A stretch of DNA of 64,000 bases from an uncultured Candidatus Rokubacteria bacterium (GTDB lineage Bacteria; Methylomirabilota; Methylomirabilia; Rokubacteriales; DASRDR01), in contig CAWDVE010000010.1 of the NCBI GenBank assembly GCA_963805625.1, positions 832,001 to 896,000 on the forward strand, given 5' to 3'. Below, piece by piece: positions 38,184 through 48,021 of the stretch (position 1 is its first letter; every line of letters begins with the position of its first letter). The position numbers and the translations under genes are program-made. The notes under the pieces are model-generated. The model was not told the origin of the DNA. It did no database searches and saw nothing but the letters and a program-made list of their open reading frames with translations.

Positions 38184-39734
38184 ATGGCTCCGGCGGCGCC
38201 CGTGCGGATCGCGATCGGGCAGTTCATGGAGGAGTCCAACACCTTCGTCCGCCAGCGCGCGGATCTCGCGCACTTCCGCGCCACCCAGCTCCTGTACGGA
38301 GACGATATCGTCGCGCGCCTCCGCGGCACCCGGGCCGAGGTGGGGGGCTTCCTCGACGTGCTGGGCCCTGCCGGCGTCGAGGTGGTCCCGACGGTCGCGG
38401 CCAACGCCGTCTCCTCGGGGCCAGTGACCCGGGCCACGTTCGACCACGTGCGGGACGCGCTCCTCGAGCGCCTGGCCGCGGCGGGGCCGGTCGACGGCGT
38501 GCTCCTCGCGCTCCACGGCGCAATGGTGCTCGAGGACGGGCCGGACGGCGAGGGCGAGCTCCTCGCCGCGGTCCGGAAGGTCATCGGCCCCGCCGTTCCG
38601 CTCGTCGCGACGCTGGACCTTCACGCCACGATCACGCCCCGGATGGTCCAGGAGGCCGACGCCCTGGTCGGGTACGACACGTACCCGCACATCGACCTCT
38701 ACGAGACCGGCGCCAAGGCGGCGGCCCTCCTCCTCCGGACCGTGCGGGGAGAGGTGCACCCCGCCACCCTCTTCGCGCGCGCCCCTATGCTGGTGCCGGC
38801 CGAGGGCCAGGGCACGAACGAGCAGCCGATGGCCGGGCTGATGGCCGAGGCCAAGCGCCTCCAGGCGCGGCCCGGAGTCCTGGCAGTCTCGCTGTTCCCG
38901 GTCCAACCGTGGCTCGACATCCCCGGCACCGGGTTCTGCGTCATGGCCGTCGCCGACGGGCCCCGGCGCGCCGCCGAGATCGAACCGATGGTCCGCCAGC
39001 TGGCCTGGCAAGCCTGGGAGCGGCGACGAAGCTTCGCGGCCGACCTCCTGACCGTGGACGACGCCATCCGCCGCGCCCTCGCAGCCGAGGGCGGCCCGTT
39101 CATCCTGTCCGAGTCGGCGGACAGCACGGGATCGGGCTCCCCCGGCGACAGCGTCCACGTGCTCGAGCGCCTCCTCGCCCTGGGTGTCCAGGCGCGATGC
39201 CTCGTGACGGTGGTCGACGCTCCGGCGGTCGCGCGCGCGATCGCCGCGGGTGTCGGTGCCGACGTGTCCACCACGGTCGGAGGCACCCTCGACCCGCGGT
39301 ACAACCGGCCGGTACCCATCGCGGGCCGCGTCCGGATCCTCACCGACGGCCGCTACGTCTCGTCCGACAAGAAATCGCTCGGCGTCGAGTTCCAGATGGG
39401 GCGGGCGGCGGTCATCGAGGTCGGGCGCATCGCCGTGCTGGCAACCGAGCGGCCCGCGTTCACCTTCGACCCCGCTCTCTACCGTTCGGTCGGCCTCGAG
39501 CCGCGGGACGCGAAGATCGTCGTCGTAAAGTCTCCGCTGCAGTTCCGAGATGGCTATGGCGACATCGCGCGGGCGTGCTGGGTCGTCGACACGCCCGGGC
39601 CGAGCACGGCACGCGTCGAGCGTCTCGACTGGCGCCACCGGGCCCGGCCGCTCTTCCCCTTCGAGGACGACTTCGAGCCCGAGATCCGCGCCGTGCTCGG
39701 CTCCGGGCGGGGCGGGACCGAACCCCCCCGATGA
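38184..39734 (+). CDS. M81/MlrC family metallopeptidase
   Basis: ESNTF, LALHGAM, LDLHA, YPHID, VVKS, DTPG. Confidence 0.9.
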   Translation: MAPAAPVRIAIGQFMEESNTFVRQRADLAHFRATQLLYGDDIVARLRGTRAEVGGFLDVLGPAGVEVVPTVAANAVSSGPVTRATFDHVRDALLERLAAAGPVDGVLLALHGAMVLEDGPDGEGELLAAVRKVIGPAVPLVATLDLHATITPRMVQEADALVGYDTYPHIDLYETGAKAAALLLRTVRGEVHPATLFARAPMLVPAEGQGTNEQPMAGLMAEAKRLQARPGVLAVSLFPVQPWLDIPGTGFCVMAVADGPRRAAEIEPMVRQLAWQAWERRRSFAADLLTVDDAIRRALAAEGGPFILSESADSTGSGSPGDSVHVLERLLALGVQARCLVTVVDAPAVARAIAAGVGADVSTTVGGTLDPRYNRPVPIAGRVRILTDGRYVSSDKKSLGVEFQMGRAAVIEVGRIAVLATERPAFTFDPALYRSVGLEPRDAKIVVVKSPLQFRDGYGDIARACWVVDTPGPSTARVERLDWRHRARPLFPFEDDFEPEIRAVLGSGRGGTEPPR

Positions 39735-40093
39735 CCGGCACGCCTCGCGCCCCCGTCCCGATCTTCCGCTGGAGCGGAGCGCTCTGGGGCTTCGTCGAAC
39801 ACGACCGCCTCTACGACCGCTACGGACGGCAGGCAGGATGGGTCGAGGCGGTTCCGGGCCGCGGGCCCGACGTGTTCGATCTGGACGGGCGCTTCCTGGG
39901 TGAGCTGTTCGGCCGTCACTACGTGATGCGCCACACGCTGCGGGAGGAGCCAGTCCACCGCACTCCCCGCGTGCGGACCATCCACCCCGCCCCGCCCGAC
40001 CCGGTGCCCGCCCGTGACCCCCGGATCCCAATCGACGATTGGACGGACGCCTTGCCCTGGCCGCTGCCGCCGCCGGACCCGCCGGCCCGCTGA
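39731..40093 (+). CDS. Hypothetical protein, possible beta-flower-like repeat with a Pro-rich tail
   Basis: Repeats FRWSGALWGF / YDRYGRQAGW / FDLDGRFLGE; ATGA overlap with the upstream stop. Confidence 0.65.
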   Translation: MTGTPRAPVPIFRWSGALWGFVEHDRLYDRYGRQAGWVEAVPGRGPDVFDLDGRFLGELFGRHYVMRHTLREEPVHRTPRVRTIHPAPPDPVPARDPRIPIDDWTDALPWPLPPPDPPAR

Positions 40094-40114
40094 CGGCGGC
40101 CCGGCGCCGGCGAC

Positions 40115-40804
40115 GTGTCACTCACCCGGGCGATGCCCCTCCTGCGGCCCTCGCCACGGCCACGGCGCCAGCACCCGGCATGGCTGGTCTGCGTGGTCGC
40201 GAGCGCGCTCCTCCTCGGCCCGGGCATCGCGTGGGGCGCAACGTTCCGGGTCGATCCCGAACGGACCCGCCTGGCCGTCAGGCTCTACCGCGAGGGCGTC
40301 GGGAGCCGGCTTGCCCACGACCACGTCGTCGAGGCCACCGAGGTGACGGGCCGCGTCGAGTACGACGTCGATCGGCCCGAGGGGAGCTCGATCGTGATCG
40401 AGGCTCGCACCTCCTCGCTCCGGGTCGATGAGCCCGCGGCGCGCCGGCGGCTCGGTGTGGAAGGCGATCTCTCCGACAGCCAGCGCGCGGATGTCGACAA
40501 GGCCATGCGCGCCCCGGACCAGCTCGACGTCGCACGGCACCCGACGATCCGCTTCGTGTCGACGCGAGTCCTCCTCGAGGGGGATGGTCGGCTGCGAGTC
40601 ACCGGCCAGATGACCCTTCGAGGCGTGACGCGGGAGGTGTCCTTCCCGGCCACGGTGGCGCTGGAGTCCGGCACTCTCAGGGGCCGGGCGATGCTGACCT
40701 TCCTCCAGTCGAGCTTCGGCTACCAGCCCTACCGCGCGCTCCTCGGCGCGATCCGGAACAAGGACGAGGTCACGCTCCACGTCGACCTCACGGCCACCCC
40801 GTGA
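40115..40804 (+). CDS. YceI family protein
   Basis: Signal peptide, AHDH, LDVARHPTIRF, GQMTLRGVTREV, QSSFG; alternative start ATG 40133. Confidence 0.88.
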   Translation: MSLTRAMPLLRPSPRPRRQHPAWLVCVVASALLLGPGIAWGATFRVDPERTRLAVRLYREGVGSRLAHDHVVEATEVTGRVEYDVDRPEGSSIVIEARTSSLRVDEPAARRRLGVEGDLSDSQRADVDKAMRAPDQLDVARHPTIRFVSTRVLLEGDGRLRVTGQMTLRGVTREVSFPATVALESGTLRGRAMLTFLQSSFGYQPYRALLGAIRNKDEVTLHVDLTATP

Positions 40805-41289
40805 GCACCCCTGGCCCGGCGGACAAGGGCTCGGACCCGCGGGACGTCACGGTGCCGAAGTCGGTGGCCCAGTGGCGCTCCTTCGGCCGCGGGTACCTCC
40901 CGGGCCTCGTCGGCATCGAGTTCGGCGACATCGTGCCCGGGCGCGTCACGAGCCGACTGGTCGTCCGACAGGAGCTCATGGCCCCGAACGGCTACCTCCA
41001 TGCCGCGACGGTCGTGGCGCTCGCCGACACGTCGAGCGGCTACGGAACCGTGGCCAGCCTCCCGGAAGGGGCTCGCGGCTTCACGACGATCGAGCTCAAG
41101 TCGAACTTCCTCGGAACCGTCCACGAGGGCGCGATCGCGTGCGAGGCGACGCTGACGCACGGCGGCCGTACCACCCAGGTCTGGGACGCGCGGATCACGG
41201 ACGAAGCCACGGGGCGGGTCATCGCCCTGTTCCGCTGCACGCAGCTCCTTCTCTACCCGCGCGAGGCCTCCTCCGGCCGACCGCCGTGA
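40801..41289 (+). CDS. PaaI family thioesterase
   Basis: APNGYLHAATVVALADT, TIELKSNFLG, HGGRTTQVW. Confidence 0.92.
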   Translation: MSTPGPADKGSDPRDVTVPKSVAQWRSFGRGYLPGLVGIEFGDIVPGRVTSRLVVRQELMAPNGYLHAATVVALADTSSGYGTVASLPEGARGFTTIELKSNFLGTVHEGAIACEATLTHGGRTTQVWDARITDEATGRVIALFRCTQLLLYPREASSGRPP

Positions 41290-41311
41290 CCGAACCGACC
41301 AGGCGCCTCCG

Positions 41312-42316
41312 TCATGGAGCGACGGCGACCCCGGCGGCGGCCGCCCGCTCGACGGCGAGAGCGACCCGGAGGGCCTGGACGGCGTCGCCAGGCGTGACGG
41401 CAGGCGATGCCCGCCCGCGCACGCAGTCCACGAAGTGGCGCAGCTCGAAGTAGAACATGCCCCCGGGGTGCCCCTGCACCGACGGGGCGGACGCCGTGTC
41501 CACCTGGACCGCGCGCTGGCCGTCCGCCCGCCGGAGCCCCGTCTCGATGGTCGCGATCGACAGCGAGCCGGCGCTCCCCACGACGTCGAGTCGGTGGTCG
41601 CCGGCCGCCGGAAAGCCCCGGGGCAGGATCCAATTGAGCTCGGCGATGCCGAGCACCCCGCTCGCGAACCGGAGGAGGGCGCAGTTGGCATCCTCCACCG
41701 GGAACCCCTGCTCTCGCAGGAGTCCCCATTTCGACTCAGCCGTGACCCGCTCCACCTCGCTGCCGGCGAGCCAGCGCATCACGTCGTAGTCGTGCACCCC
41801 GAGGAAGAGCGGGAGCGAGCATCGCCCCCCGAGGCGGTCCTGCGCCGCGACGGTGTTGGCCCGGCGCGTGTAGATCGTCTGGACCGCGCCCAGCTCGCCG
41901 CGCTCGACCGCCTGTCCGGCCTGGTCGTAGCGCGGGTCGAACCGAAGGCAGTGCCCCACCAGCAGCACCACCCCTGCCCGATCAGCAGCCTCGACGATCG
42001 CCTCGGCGTCGGCCACCGTGGTGGCGATGGGTTTCTCGACGAGGACGTGACGGCCACCGCGGAGCGCCAGCTCGCACGGCTCCCGGTGGAGTCCGTCCGG
42101 CGTGCACACGCTGACGGCATCGAGATCGTCGCGCCGGAGCAGCGCCGTGAAGTCCGAGTACGCGGAGGCGCCGGTCCGGGCGGCGAGCTCGCGCGCGGCG
42201 GCCTCGCGCACGTCGCAGACCGCGACCAGCTGGACGTCCGGCAGGCCCGCATAGATCCGCGCGTGCCGCTCGCCCATGAACCCGGCCCCGATCACCGCCA
42301 TCCGGACCGGCTGCAT
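41312..42316 (-). CDS. Gfo/Idh/MocA family oxidoreductase
   Basis: VIGAGFMG, CTPD..H, VLVEKP, HDYD. Confidence 0.92.
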   Translation of the reverse strand: MQPVRMAVIGAGFMGERHARIYAGLPDVQLVAVCDVREAAARELAARTGASAYSDFTALLRRDDLDAVSVCTPDGLHREPCELALRGGRHVLVEKPIATTVADAEAIVEAADRAGVVLLVGHCLRFDPRYDQAGQAVERGELGAVQTIYTRRANTVAAQDRLGGRCSLPLFLGVHDYDVMRWLAGSEVERVTAESKWGLLREQGFPVEDANCALLRFASGVLGIAELNWILPRGFPAAGDHRLDVVGSAGSLSIATIETGLRRADGQRAVQVDTASAPSVQGHPGGMFYFELRHFVDCVRGRASPAVTPGDAVQALRVALAVERAAAAGVAVAP

Positions 42317-42384
42317 GCCCGCGATCATCGCACGATCTGTCCATCTTCCGCGCGGCCCCGCTCCGTGCTTGAATGGTCGGCGCC

Positions 42385-43173
42385 ATGCGCGTCCAGTCCC
42401 TCTTCGACCTCGCCGGCCGGGTCGCCATCGTGACCGGCGGCGGGACGCACCTCGGCCGCGCGATGGCGGAAGCCCTCGCCGAGCTCGGGGCGGCCGTGTA
42501 TCTCGCGAGCCGGGACGCCGCGCGGTGCGAGCGGGTCGCCGCTGAGCTCCGGGCATCCGGCCTCGACGCGACCGGTCTCGGCGCCGACGTCACGGCCGAG
42601 GCGGAGGTCGACGCACTCGTGGGCCGGGTGCTGGCCGAGCGCGGCCGGGTCGACGTGATGGTATGCAACGCGGGCGGCGCCTTCACCACGACCTATCTCC
42701 CCGACGCCTCGATCGACGAGCTCCGCCAGGCTCTCGAGCTGAACGTGACCGGAACCTACGTCTCCGCCCAGGCTGCGGCCCGGGCGATGATCCCCCGGCG
42801 GCGGGGCCGCATCATCACGCTCGGCTCGATCCACGGCACGCTCGGCGCCGACAAGCGCCTCTACGCCGGGCTCGACTATCAGCGATCGGGCCCGCCGTAC
42901 CAGGCGGCGAAGGGCGCGGTCGTCAACCTCACCCGGGCGCTCGCGACCGAGCTCGGCGAGCACGGCATCACGGTCAACTGCCTGTCTCCGGGCCAGATCC
43001 CGTCGCCGGGCACGGATCCGGAGTTCGTGGAGCGCTGCCGCCTCTCGAACCCGCTCGCGCGGACCGGCACCCCGGCGGATCTCAAGGGCGCCGTGGCGCT
43101 GCTCGCCTCCGACGCCGGCGCCTGGATCACCGGTCACAACCTCGTGGTCGACGGTGGCTGGAGTGTCTGGTAG
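42385..43173 (+). CDS. SDR family oxidoreductase
   Basis: TGGGTHLG, CNAG, YQAAK, VDGG. Confidence 0.92.
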   Translation: MRVQSLFDLAGRVAIVTGGGTHLGRAMAEALAELGAAVYLASRDAARCERVAAELRASGLDATGLGADVTAEAEVDALVGRVLAERGRVDVMVCNAGGAFTTTYLPDASIDELRQALELNVTGTYVSAQAAARAMIPRRRGRIITLGSIHGTLGADKRLYAGLDYQRSGPPYQAAKGAVVNLTRALATELGEHGITVNCLSPGQIPSPGTDPEFVERCRLSNPLARTGTPADLKGAVALLASDAGAWITGHNLVVDGGWSVW

Positions 43174-43174
43174 G

Positions 43175-44398
43175 GTGAGCGTCGTGCCCGCTCCGTCCCG
43201 GCCCGCCCCGACCGAGGCCACCGCTCTCCGACATGCCCGACGGCTGCTCGCGCGCCATCCCCTCATCGATGGCCACAACGACCTACCCTGGACGATCCGG
43301 AACGACGCAAAGGCACGCGGCGACGTGGGGGCCTACGACCTGCGCCGGCCCGCCCGCGGGCAGACGGACCTCGCGCGCCTTCGGGCCGGCGGGGTCGGGG
43401 GTCAGTTCTGGTCGGTCTACATCCCCGGCGACCTCGCCGGCGGCCGGTTCGCGCGAGTGCAGCTCGAGCAGATCGACATTGCGCGGCGGGTGATCGCCCG
43501 CTATCCCGAGCGGCTGGCGCCGGCCTTCAGCGCGGCCGACGTCGAGCAGGTCAGGAGGCGCGGGCGGATCGCCTCGCTCCTCGGGATCGAGGGCGGCCAC
43601 GCCATCGAGGGGTCGCTGGGGGCGCTCCGCGCCTACTACGACCTCGGCGTGCGGTACATGACGCTCACCCACAACGTCACCCTCGACTGGGCGGACTCCT
43701 GCAACGACGTCCGCCGCCACGGCGGGCTCACCCACTTCGGCCGGGAGGTCGTGCGCGAGATGAACCGGCTCGGCATGCTGGTCGACCTCGCCCACACCTC
43801 GCCCGAGGTCATGGCGCATGCCCTCGACGTCTCCGTGGCGCCGCTGATCTCCTCCCACTCGTCCTGCCGGGCGCTGACGGACGTCACGCGAAACTTCCCC
43901 GACGCCATCCTCCGGCGCCTGCCGAAGAACGGCGGCGTCATCATGGTCACCTTCGTCGGCCCGTTCGTGTCCCAGGCGGCGGCCGACGCCCGCGCCCGCG
44001 CCGTGGCCAAGCTCAAGCCGAGGATGAATCGCATCGCCGATCCGGTCGAGCGCCACCGCTTCGAGCGGGCCCACCTCAAGCGGCAGCGGCTGCCGAAGGC
44101 GACCGTCGCCGACGTCGCCGACCACGTGGAGCACGCCCGTCGTCTCGCCGGCGTGGACCACATCGGTCTCGGCGGCGACTACGACGGCAACGAGGAGTGG
44201 CCGGTCGGGATGGAGGACGTGTCGACCTATCCGGTCCTCTTCGCGGAGCTGATCCGCCGCGGCTGGTCCGACAAGGACCTGGTCAAGCTCTCCCGCGGCA
44301 ATATCGTCAGGGTCATGCGCGAGGCCGAGGCGGTCGCCGCCCGCCTCCGCCGCCGGCCGGCGCCGCCCCCAGCTCGTCGGAGCCGGCCGGGATCCTAG
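43175..44398 (+). CDS. Membrane dipeptidase (M19)
   Basis: DGHNDLP, QFWSVY, GIEGGH, DLAH, SHS, GGDYDG. Confidence 0.93.
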   Translation: MSVVPAPSRPAPTEATALRHARRLLARHPLIDGHNDLPWTIRNDAKARGDVGAYDLRRPARGQTDLARLRAGGVGGQFWSVYIPGDLAGGRFARVQLEQIDIARRVIARYPERLAPAFSAADVEQVRRRGRIASLLGIEGGHAIEGSLGALRAYYDLGVRYMTLTHNVTLDWADSCNDVRRHGGLTHFGREVVREMNRLGMLVDLAHTSPEVMAHALDVSVAPLISSHSSCRALTDVTRNFPDAILRRLPKNGGVIMVTFVGPFVSQAAADARARAVAKLKPRMNRIADPVERHRFERAHLKRQRLPKATVADVADHVEHARRLAGVDHIGLGGDYDGNEEWPVGMEDVSTYPVLFAELIRRGWSDKDLVKLSRGNIVRVMREAEAVAARLRRRPAPPPARRSRPGS

Positions 44399-44464
44399 AG
44401 CCTGTCGAAGCCGTTCCGACGGCCCGGTGAGGGCCGATTCGGGCTGCGATCCCACGGTCGCGCA

Positions 44465-44571
44465 TCACGCCGAGGGCGCCGGCAGCCGGCGCAAGCGGTC
44501 CCCTGGATCATGGCCATCGAGAACGCACCGAATGGCGCCCACACATCCGAGGGATTGAACGCCTCGATCAT
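44465..44571 (-). pseudogene. RidA-family remnant (first about 24 codons joined to the last about 11)
   Basis: MIEAFNPSDVWAPFGAFSMAMIQG, then an out-of-frame DRLRRLPAPSA*; junction at GGGAC. Confidence 0.6.
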
Positions 44572-44728
44572 GCCGGCCTCTGTCGGTGGGGATCGGATGC
44601 GTCGACGCGCTCGATCATAGCCTCCCGCCTCGCGCTTGTGTCCGCGTCCGAGCCATGGTCTAGTCGGAGTCGCGGCGGCCGATCGCCCCGCGCCAACCCG
44701 GTCCGAGAGTAAGGGGGACACCGAGACA

Positions 44729-45703
44729 GTGCAACGGATCATCCGCGAACAGGCCCGGAAGTACGCCTTCGACTGGCGGGACGAACCGCTACTTCGAGTC
44801 AAGCTCGGCGAGACTTTCGAGATCGAGACCTATGACGCGAGCACGGGATACTTCCGGACGTCCGAGGACCTCGCCATCCCCGCGAAGCGCCCGGGATTCG
44901 ACCGCGTTCCGCCGCTCGCGAACCCGATCGGCGGCCCGGTCTGGGTCGAGGGCGCCGAGCGCGGCGACACGCTCGTCGTGAGCGTCGAGGAGATCCTGGT
45001 CGACGGCTACTCCTGGATCGCGGTCGGGCCCCGGCGCGGGCCTCTCGGCGAGTCGGCGCGATGGCCCGAGCTCTCCGAGCGCTACACGACCAAGATCTTC
45101 CGCCACACCCCGGGTCCGAGCGGGACGACCCGGGACGGCACGCTCCACTTCAGCGACCGGATCAGCTGGCCGATCACGCCCTTCATCGGCACCATCGGGG
45201 TCGCGCCCGAGCGCGAGGTGACGACCAGCCTCGACGGCCAGGGCGAGTGGGGCGGCAATCTCGACATCCGCGACGTCGCGCCGGGGCACCGGATCCATCT
45301 CCCCGTGTTTCACGAGGGGGCACGCTTCTACCTGGGCGACGTCCACGCCAGCCAGGGTGACACCGAGTTCACGGGGACGGCCGCCGAGACCAAGTCCACC
45401 GTGCGTCTCCACTTCGACCTGGTCAAGGGCCGGACGGTGCCCTGGATGCGGATCGAGAAGGCGGCCTCGATCGTCTCCGTGTTCGCGTACCGACCGCTCG
45501 AGGTCGCCGTCGAGACCGCCACGGTCAACCTGATCGACTGGCTCGTCCGTGACCACGGCTACTCCGCGACCGACGCGTATTGCCTGGTCAGCACCTGCCC
45601 GGACTTCCGGATCAACGTCTACCAGATGTGCCGGGTCGGGAAGCTGAGCTACGTCGCCGGTGCCGAGCTCCCCAAGCGCTACCTCCCCGGACCGGCCGCG
45701 TGA
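44729..45703 (+). CDS. Acetamidase/formamidase family protein
   Basis: GGPVWVEGAERGD, PFIGTIGVAP, GGNLD, GDVHASQGDTE. Confidence 0.9.
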   Translation: MQRIIREQARKYAFDWRDEPLLRVKLGETFEIETYDASTGYFRTSEDLAIPAKRPGFDRVPPLANPIGGPVWVEGAERGDTLVVSVEEILVDGYSWIAVGPRRGPLGESARWPELSERYTTKIFRHTPGPSGTTRDGTLHFSDRISWPITPFIGTIGVAPEREVTTSLDGQGEWGGNLDIRDVAPGHRIHLPVFHEGARFYLGDVHASQGDTEFTGTAAETKSTVRLHFDLVKGRTVPWMRIEKAASIVSVFAYRPLEVAVETATVNLIDWLVRDHGYSATDAYCLVSTCPDFRINVYQMCRVGKLSYVAGAELPKRYLPGPAA

Positions 45704-48021
45704 GCCCGAGCCCCATCGGCGCCTCGCCCCGCCGGAAGGAGGACGCTCCTCTGCTCGAGGGGCGCGGGCGATACCTGGACGACCTCCGGCGTCCCGGGAC
45801 GGCCTACCTCGGCGTGGTGAGAAGCCCCCACGCGCACGCCCGCATCCGCGGGATTGCAACGGACCAGGCACGCGCGTTGCCCGGGGTCTCGGTCTTCGCC
45901 TCCGCCGACCTCCCGGAGGTCGCACGAGGCATCCCCGCGCCGTTCGGCGGGACGCCCAACACCCGTCCCTACGTCCAGAGCGTCCTCGCGTCGGAGGTCG
46001 TGCGGTACGTCGGCGAGCCGGTGGCCGTCGTCGTCGCGGACGACCCCTATCGTCTGGGCGACGCGCTGGACGGGGTCACGGTGGACTACGAGCCGCTTCC
46101 GCCCGTGACGACGCCCGAGTCGGCGGCGCGCGGCTCCGACCGGATTCACGCGGACTGGCCCGACAACGCCGCCGTCGTCGCGCGCGGCGGCATGGGCGAC
46201 GTCGAGCGCGCCTTCCCGACCGCCGACCTGATCGTCGAGGAAGTGCTCCGCCATCCGCGGATCACGGCCGTGCCGATCGAGCCCCGCGGCGTCCTCGCCT
46301 ACCGGGACTCCGAGTCCGGCCTGCTCGTCGTCTGGTCGTCCACCCAGAATCCCTATCTCGTGCGGGACGCCGTGTCCGTGGTCCTGGGGATCCCGGCCGA
46401 GGAGGTGCGCGTGCTCGCGCCCGACGTGGGCGGCGGGTTCGGCCCGAAGGGGGCCGTCTATCACGAGGAGCTGCTCGTGCCGGCGGTCGCCCTCCGCCTG
46501 GGGCGGCCCGTCAAGTGGGTCGAGGGGCGCCGCGAGCACTTCGTCGCCACGGGACACGACCGCGAGCAGATCCACCGGGCGCGGATCGCCTTCCGACGCG
46601 ACGGGACGATCGTGGCCATCGACGACGTGTTCCAGGCCGACGTGGGCGCCTACCCTGTCGAAGGGACGGGGCTCACCCTCAACACCGTGAACCACCTGCC
46701 GGGGCCCTACCGGGTGCCCAACTACCGGAGCGTCGGCACGAGCTACGTGACGAACAAGACGCACAACGCCGCCTATCGCGGCGCGGGGCGGCCGGAGGCC
46801 GTCTTCGTCATGGAGCGGCTCCTCGACATCGGGGCGCGGCGGCTGGGGCTCGATCCCGTCGAGATCCGCCGGCGCAACCTGGTGCAGCCGGGCGAGATGC
46901 CGTACCGGTCGGGCATCACCTACAAGGACGGGGTCACGGTTGCCTACGACCCGGGCGACTTCCCCGCGGGCCTCGAACGCGCGCTCGAGCTGCTCCACTA
47001 CCCGGAGCTCCGCGCCCGCCAGGCCGCACAGACCCGGACGTCGCGGAGGATCGGGATCGGGGTCGCCTGCTACGTCCAGGGCTCCGGCATCGGGCCCTAC
47101 GAAGGCGCGCAGGTCCGCGTCGACCCGAGCGGCCAGGTCTTCGTCACCATCGGCGTGGCCGCGCAAGGCCAGGGCCATCAGACCACCCTCGCCCAGATCT
47201 GCGCGGCGGAGCTCGGCGCGCCCTTGGAGGACGTTCACATCGTGGCGGGCGACACGCAGCTCTTCCCCATCGGGATGGGCACGGGGGGGAGCCGCGTCGC
47301 TGCGAACACCGGGCCAGCGGTCGCCCGGACCGCGCGCGAGGTTCGCGCCCGGGCGCAACAGGTCGCCGCCGAGCTCCTCGAGTGCGCGCCCGAAGACGTC
47401 CGCATCGAGGCCGGCCGGGCGTTCGTGGCCGGCGTTCCCGGACGCGCCCTCACCCTCGGTCGCATCGCCCACGCAGCCATTCGCTCCAAGGCGCTCCGCA
47501 AGACCGGAGAGCCCGGCCTCCAGCGATGTAGCTACTTCTACCCCGACACCGTGACCTGGGCGTCCGGTACCCAGGCCGCTGCGGTCGAGGTCGACCTCGA
47601 GACGTGCGAGATCCGACTCATCGGGTACGCCGTCGTCCACGACAGCGGGCGTGCCATCAATCCGGTCATCGTCGAGGGTCAGCTCCAGGGCGGCGCGGCC
47701 CAGGGGATCGGCGCCGGCCTCTGGGAAGAGCTCGTCTATGACGACTCCGGTCAGCTCGTGACGGGAAGCCTTATGGACTACGGGCTCCCGAAGGCCGACC
47801 AGCTCCCGATGCTCCACGTAGCCCGCCTCGACCATCCTTCGATCGTGAACGAGCTTGGCATCAAGGGAGTGGGCGAGAGCGGCGCGATTCCCGGCGCGGC
47901 GGCGATCGCCAACGCGGTGGAGGATGCGGTCGCGGACCTCGGCGTCACGATCCGCGAGGTGCCAGTGACGCCCGCGCGGCTCTTCGCGCTACTCGAGACG
48001 GCGCGGACCCGGAAAGCCTGA
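45700..48021 (+). CDS. Xanthine dehydrogenase-family molybdopterin subunit (form II CoxL-like)
   Basis: RSPHAHA, VGGGFGPK, AYRGAGRPEA, QGQGHQT, VEGQLQGG, KGVGE. Confidence 0.92.
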   Translation: MSPSPIGASPRRKEDAPLLEGRGRYLDDLRRPGTAYLGVVRSPHAHARIRGIATDQARALPGVSVFASADLPEVARGIPAPFGGTPNTRPYVQSVLASEVVRYVGEPVAVVVADDPYRLGDALDGVTVDYEPLPPVTTPESAARGSDRIHADWPDNAAVVARGGMGDVERAFPTADLIVEEVLRHPRITAVPIEPRGVLAYRDSESGLLVVWSSTQNPYLVRDAVSVVLGIPAEEVRVLAPDVGGGFGPKGAVYHEELLVPAVALRLGRPVKWVEGRREHFVATGHDREQIHRARIAFRRDGTIVAIDDVFQADVGAYPVEGTGLTLNTVNHLPGPYRVPNYRSVGTSYVTNKTHNAAYRGAGRPEAVFVMERLLDIGARRLGLDPVEIRRRNLVQPGEMPYRSGITYKDGVTVAYDPGDFPAGLERALELLHYPELRARQAAQTRTSRRIGIGVACYVQGSGIGPYEGAQVRVDPSGQVFVTIGVAAQGQGHQTTLAQICAAELGAPLEDVHIVAGDTQLFPIGMGTGGSRVAANTGPAVARTAREVRARAQQVAAELLECAPEDVRIEAGRAFVAGVPGRALTLGRIAHAAIRSKALRKTGEPGLQRCSYFYPDTVTWASGTQAAAVEVDLETCEIRLIGYAVVHDSGRAINPVIVEGQLQGGAAQGIGAGLWEELVYDDSGQLVTGSLMDYGLPKADQLPMLHVARLDHPSIVNELGIKGVGESGAIPGAAAIANAVEDAVADLGVTIREVPVTPARLFALLETARTRKA

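Noticed and set aside
45700-48021. Bona fide aerobic CO dehydrogenase (form I coxL)
   Set aside because: The motif is AYRGAGR, not AYXCSFR, and there are no coxMS or accessory genes.
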